DNA of 64,000 nt. It comes from Gemmatimonadota bacterium. GTDB taxonomy: Bacteria; Gemmatimonadota; Gemmatimonadetes; Gemmatimonadales; GWC2-71-9. Positions within the stretch are counted from its first letter, which is position 1, and the number at the start of each line of letters is the position of its first letter. The notes under the pieces were generated by a model. The model searched no databases, was not told the DNA's origin, and saw only the letters and a list, made by a program, of their open reading frames with translations. The translations under genes were made by a program, and so were the position numbers. The stretch lies in the NCBI GenBank assembly GCA_020350425.1, contig CP070716.1, forward strand, positions 2,591,382-2,655,381, in the 5' to 3' direction. Positions 62,789-64,000 of this stretch are shown here, in pieces.

Positions 62789-63640
62789 TTACCGGGGCAG
62801 CAGCTCCTCCAGCAGCCGGTTGAACGCCTCCGGATCCTCCAGCATCACGAAGTGCCCCACCCCGTCCATCGTACGCACCTCGAGGGAGGGCGCGTGGCGC
62901 CGCAGCGCATCCACGTTGGTTGGGCTACGCGCGGCGTTGATGGCGCCCATGGGGGCCTCCACGGCCCGCAGCGCCGCCTCTGCCTGCTCGTTCCACCAGA
63001 GGTAGGCGTTCTCCGACATGGCAAGCGCGATCTCGGGCGGCGCCCCGCTCATGTCCCGCGCCACGCGATCCACCAGCGCCGAGTCGGCACCCGGCGCGAA
63101 CATCATGGCGCGCACGAACGTCTCCGTCATCTCCGCGAAGTTGGCTCGCAGCGGCTCCAGAATCATCCGGACCTGCTCGGCCGAGACCTTCTGATCGGGG
63201 TCGAACCAAGACTCCACCCCCACGACGCCGACCACCTCGTCGGGAATCCGGCGGGCCGCCTCGAGCACCACGAAGCCTCCGACCGAGTGGCCGATGAGGA
63301 CCACTTCCTCGAGCCCCAGGTGCTGCACCACGGCGGCCACGTCCCCCCCGAACGCCTCGACCGTCCACTCCTCGCGACCCGTGCCCGACTCGCCGTGGCC
63401 CGGAAGGTCGATGGCCACCACCCGGTGACGCGGCGCGAAGTGGCGTACCTGGGCGTCCCAGTACGTCCGGTCGCACGACCAGCCGTGCACGAACACCAGA
63501 GCCGGCCCTCCCGTGCCCCGCACGGCGTAGCGGATCGGCACGCCGTCTCCCGACAGGATTTCCCCGGTCGTGACCTCTCCCATGCACGACGCGGTGAGCA
63601 GCGCGAGCAGTAGCGAACCGGACAGACGGGCACCGGTCAT
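62789..63640 (-). CDS. alpha/beta hydrolase lipoprotein
   Basis: Start at the ATG at 63640. Lipobox-like LLTASC, oxyanion HGW and nucleophile elbow GHSVGG. Confidence 0.85.
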   Translation of the reverse strand: MTGARLSGSLLLALLTASCMGEVTTGEILSGDGVPIRYAVRGTGGPALVFVHGWSCDRTYWDAQVRHFAPRHRVVAIDLPGHGESGTGREEWTVEAFGGDVAAVVQHLGLEEVVLIGHSVGGFVVLEAARRIPDEVVGVVGVESWFDPDQKVSAEQVRMILEPLRANFAEMTETFVRAMMFAPGADSALVDRVARDMSGAPPEIALAMSENAYLWWNEQAEAALRAVEAPMGAINAARSPTNVDALRRHAPSLEVRTMDGVGHFVMLEDPEAFNRLLEELLPR

Positions 63641-63748
63641 GGCCCAACTCCGTGTGAGGGTGCCGCGGAAGATGCTCTGGGAGCCGGGGTTCCGACAAGC
63701 GTGACGCACGGCGCATCGCGGGAGCGCGAGAGGCGGCAGGTTGGGGCC

Positions 63749-64000
63749 ATGCGACTCAAACTGATCGGCGTCTTCCTGCTGGGGCTTGTCGTGGGCATCG
63801 CCCTGACCGCCACCGTCTGGCGGCCCGCCACGCCCAGCGCCCCCGTGGCCGGCGGCGAGCGCGACCTCACCGCCGAAGAGCTGGCGAACGTCACGGGCCT
63901 GGTTGGCATCCGCAACGATGGAGCCCTCTGCGGCGACCTGTACAACGGGAATCGGACGCTCAGCGTGACCGAGGTCGAGCTGCGGATCATCTCGTTCGCC
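63749..64000 (+). CDS. hypothetical membrane-anchored protein (5' fragment, runs off the window)
   Basis: ATG at 63749. N-terminal TM segment LIGVFLLGLVVGIALTA. High third-position G+C and open to the window end. Confidence 0.5.
   Translation, partial: MRLKLIGVFLLGLVVGIALTATVWRPATPSAPVAGGERDLTAEELANVTGLVGIRNDGALCGDLYNGNRTLSVTEVELRIISFA

Noticed and set aside
1-64000. Window-wide visual scan for CRISPR arrays, IS elements, prophage genes, toxin-antitoxin pairs and known defence genes
   Set aside because: I found nothing of this kind. All intergenic spacers are under about 175 nt, and every sizeable ORF with coding-like composition has a housekeeping or membrane-protein assignment. This was a scan by eye, not a computed repeat search, so short dispersed repeats could have been missed.

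Overview
High-G+C bacterial chromosomal segment (G+C looks about two-thirds or higher by eye; not computed), densely packed with core housekeeping genes. I can support about 60 protein-coding genes, one tRNA-Leu(UAA), several intrinsic terminators and a few sigma70-like promoter candidates. I saw no rRNA, CRISPR array, transposase, integrase, prophage or recognisable defence genes. Layout: 12-11848 is minus strand (rlmD-like methyltransferase, biotin carboxylase plus carboxyltransferase, rpsA, cmk, aroA, tyrA, membrane proteins, a degenerate HD-GYP-like protein). 12042-20851 is mixed, mostly plus (thioesterase, PP2C phosphatase, tRNA-Leu, ClC channel, FadL-like porin, SGNH lipoprotein, an unassigned beta-barrel-like protein). 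20835-63640 is an almost unbroken ~43-kb minus-strand array: recN, nadK, dxs, ispA, xseBA, folD, rny, zapA, pheTS, rplT-rpmI-infC, MBL hydrolase, DnaQ-like exonuclease, rsmA, a STAS/RsbW-like/GAF-PP2C module, pta, coaD, rsmD, recJ, dnaG, mutS2, HIT, dnaJ, hrcA, hemW, dprA, obg, asparaginase, a MacAB-type ABC efflux set, ornithine aminotransferase and an alpha/beta hydrolase. The gene content (RNase Y, duplicated MacB/FtsX permease, Firmicute-like infC and hrcA arrangements in a very GC-rich genome) suggests a Gemmatimonadota- or Acidobacteriota-like organism. That is a guess and needs a database search. I found no clear novel multi-gene system; this looks like ordinary core genome. The items most worth a second look are: a sigma-less partner-switching module embedded in a housekeeping operon; a terminator-containing leader and probable non-canonical start at infC; a degenerate membrane HD-GYP protein; the outer-membrane FadL/SGNH/beta-barrel cluster; a weak CIRCE-like operator at hrcA; a perfect 20-nt palindrome over the obg Shine-Dalgarno; and an orphan plus-strand 60-aa coiled-coil gene. 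Many very long ORFs in the six-frame track are antisense shadows of real genes and were rejected.
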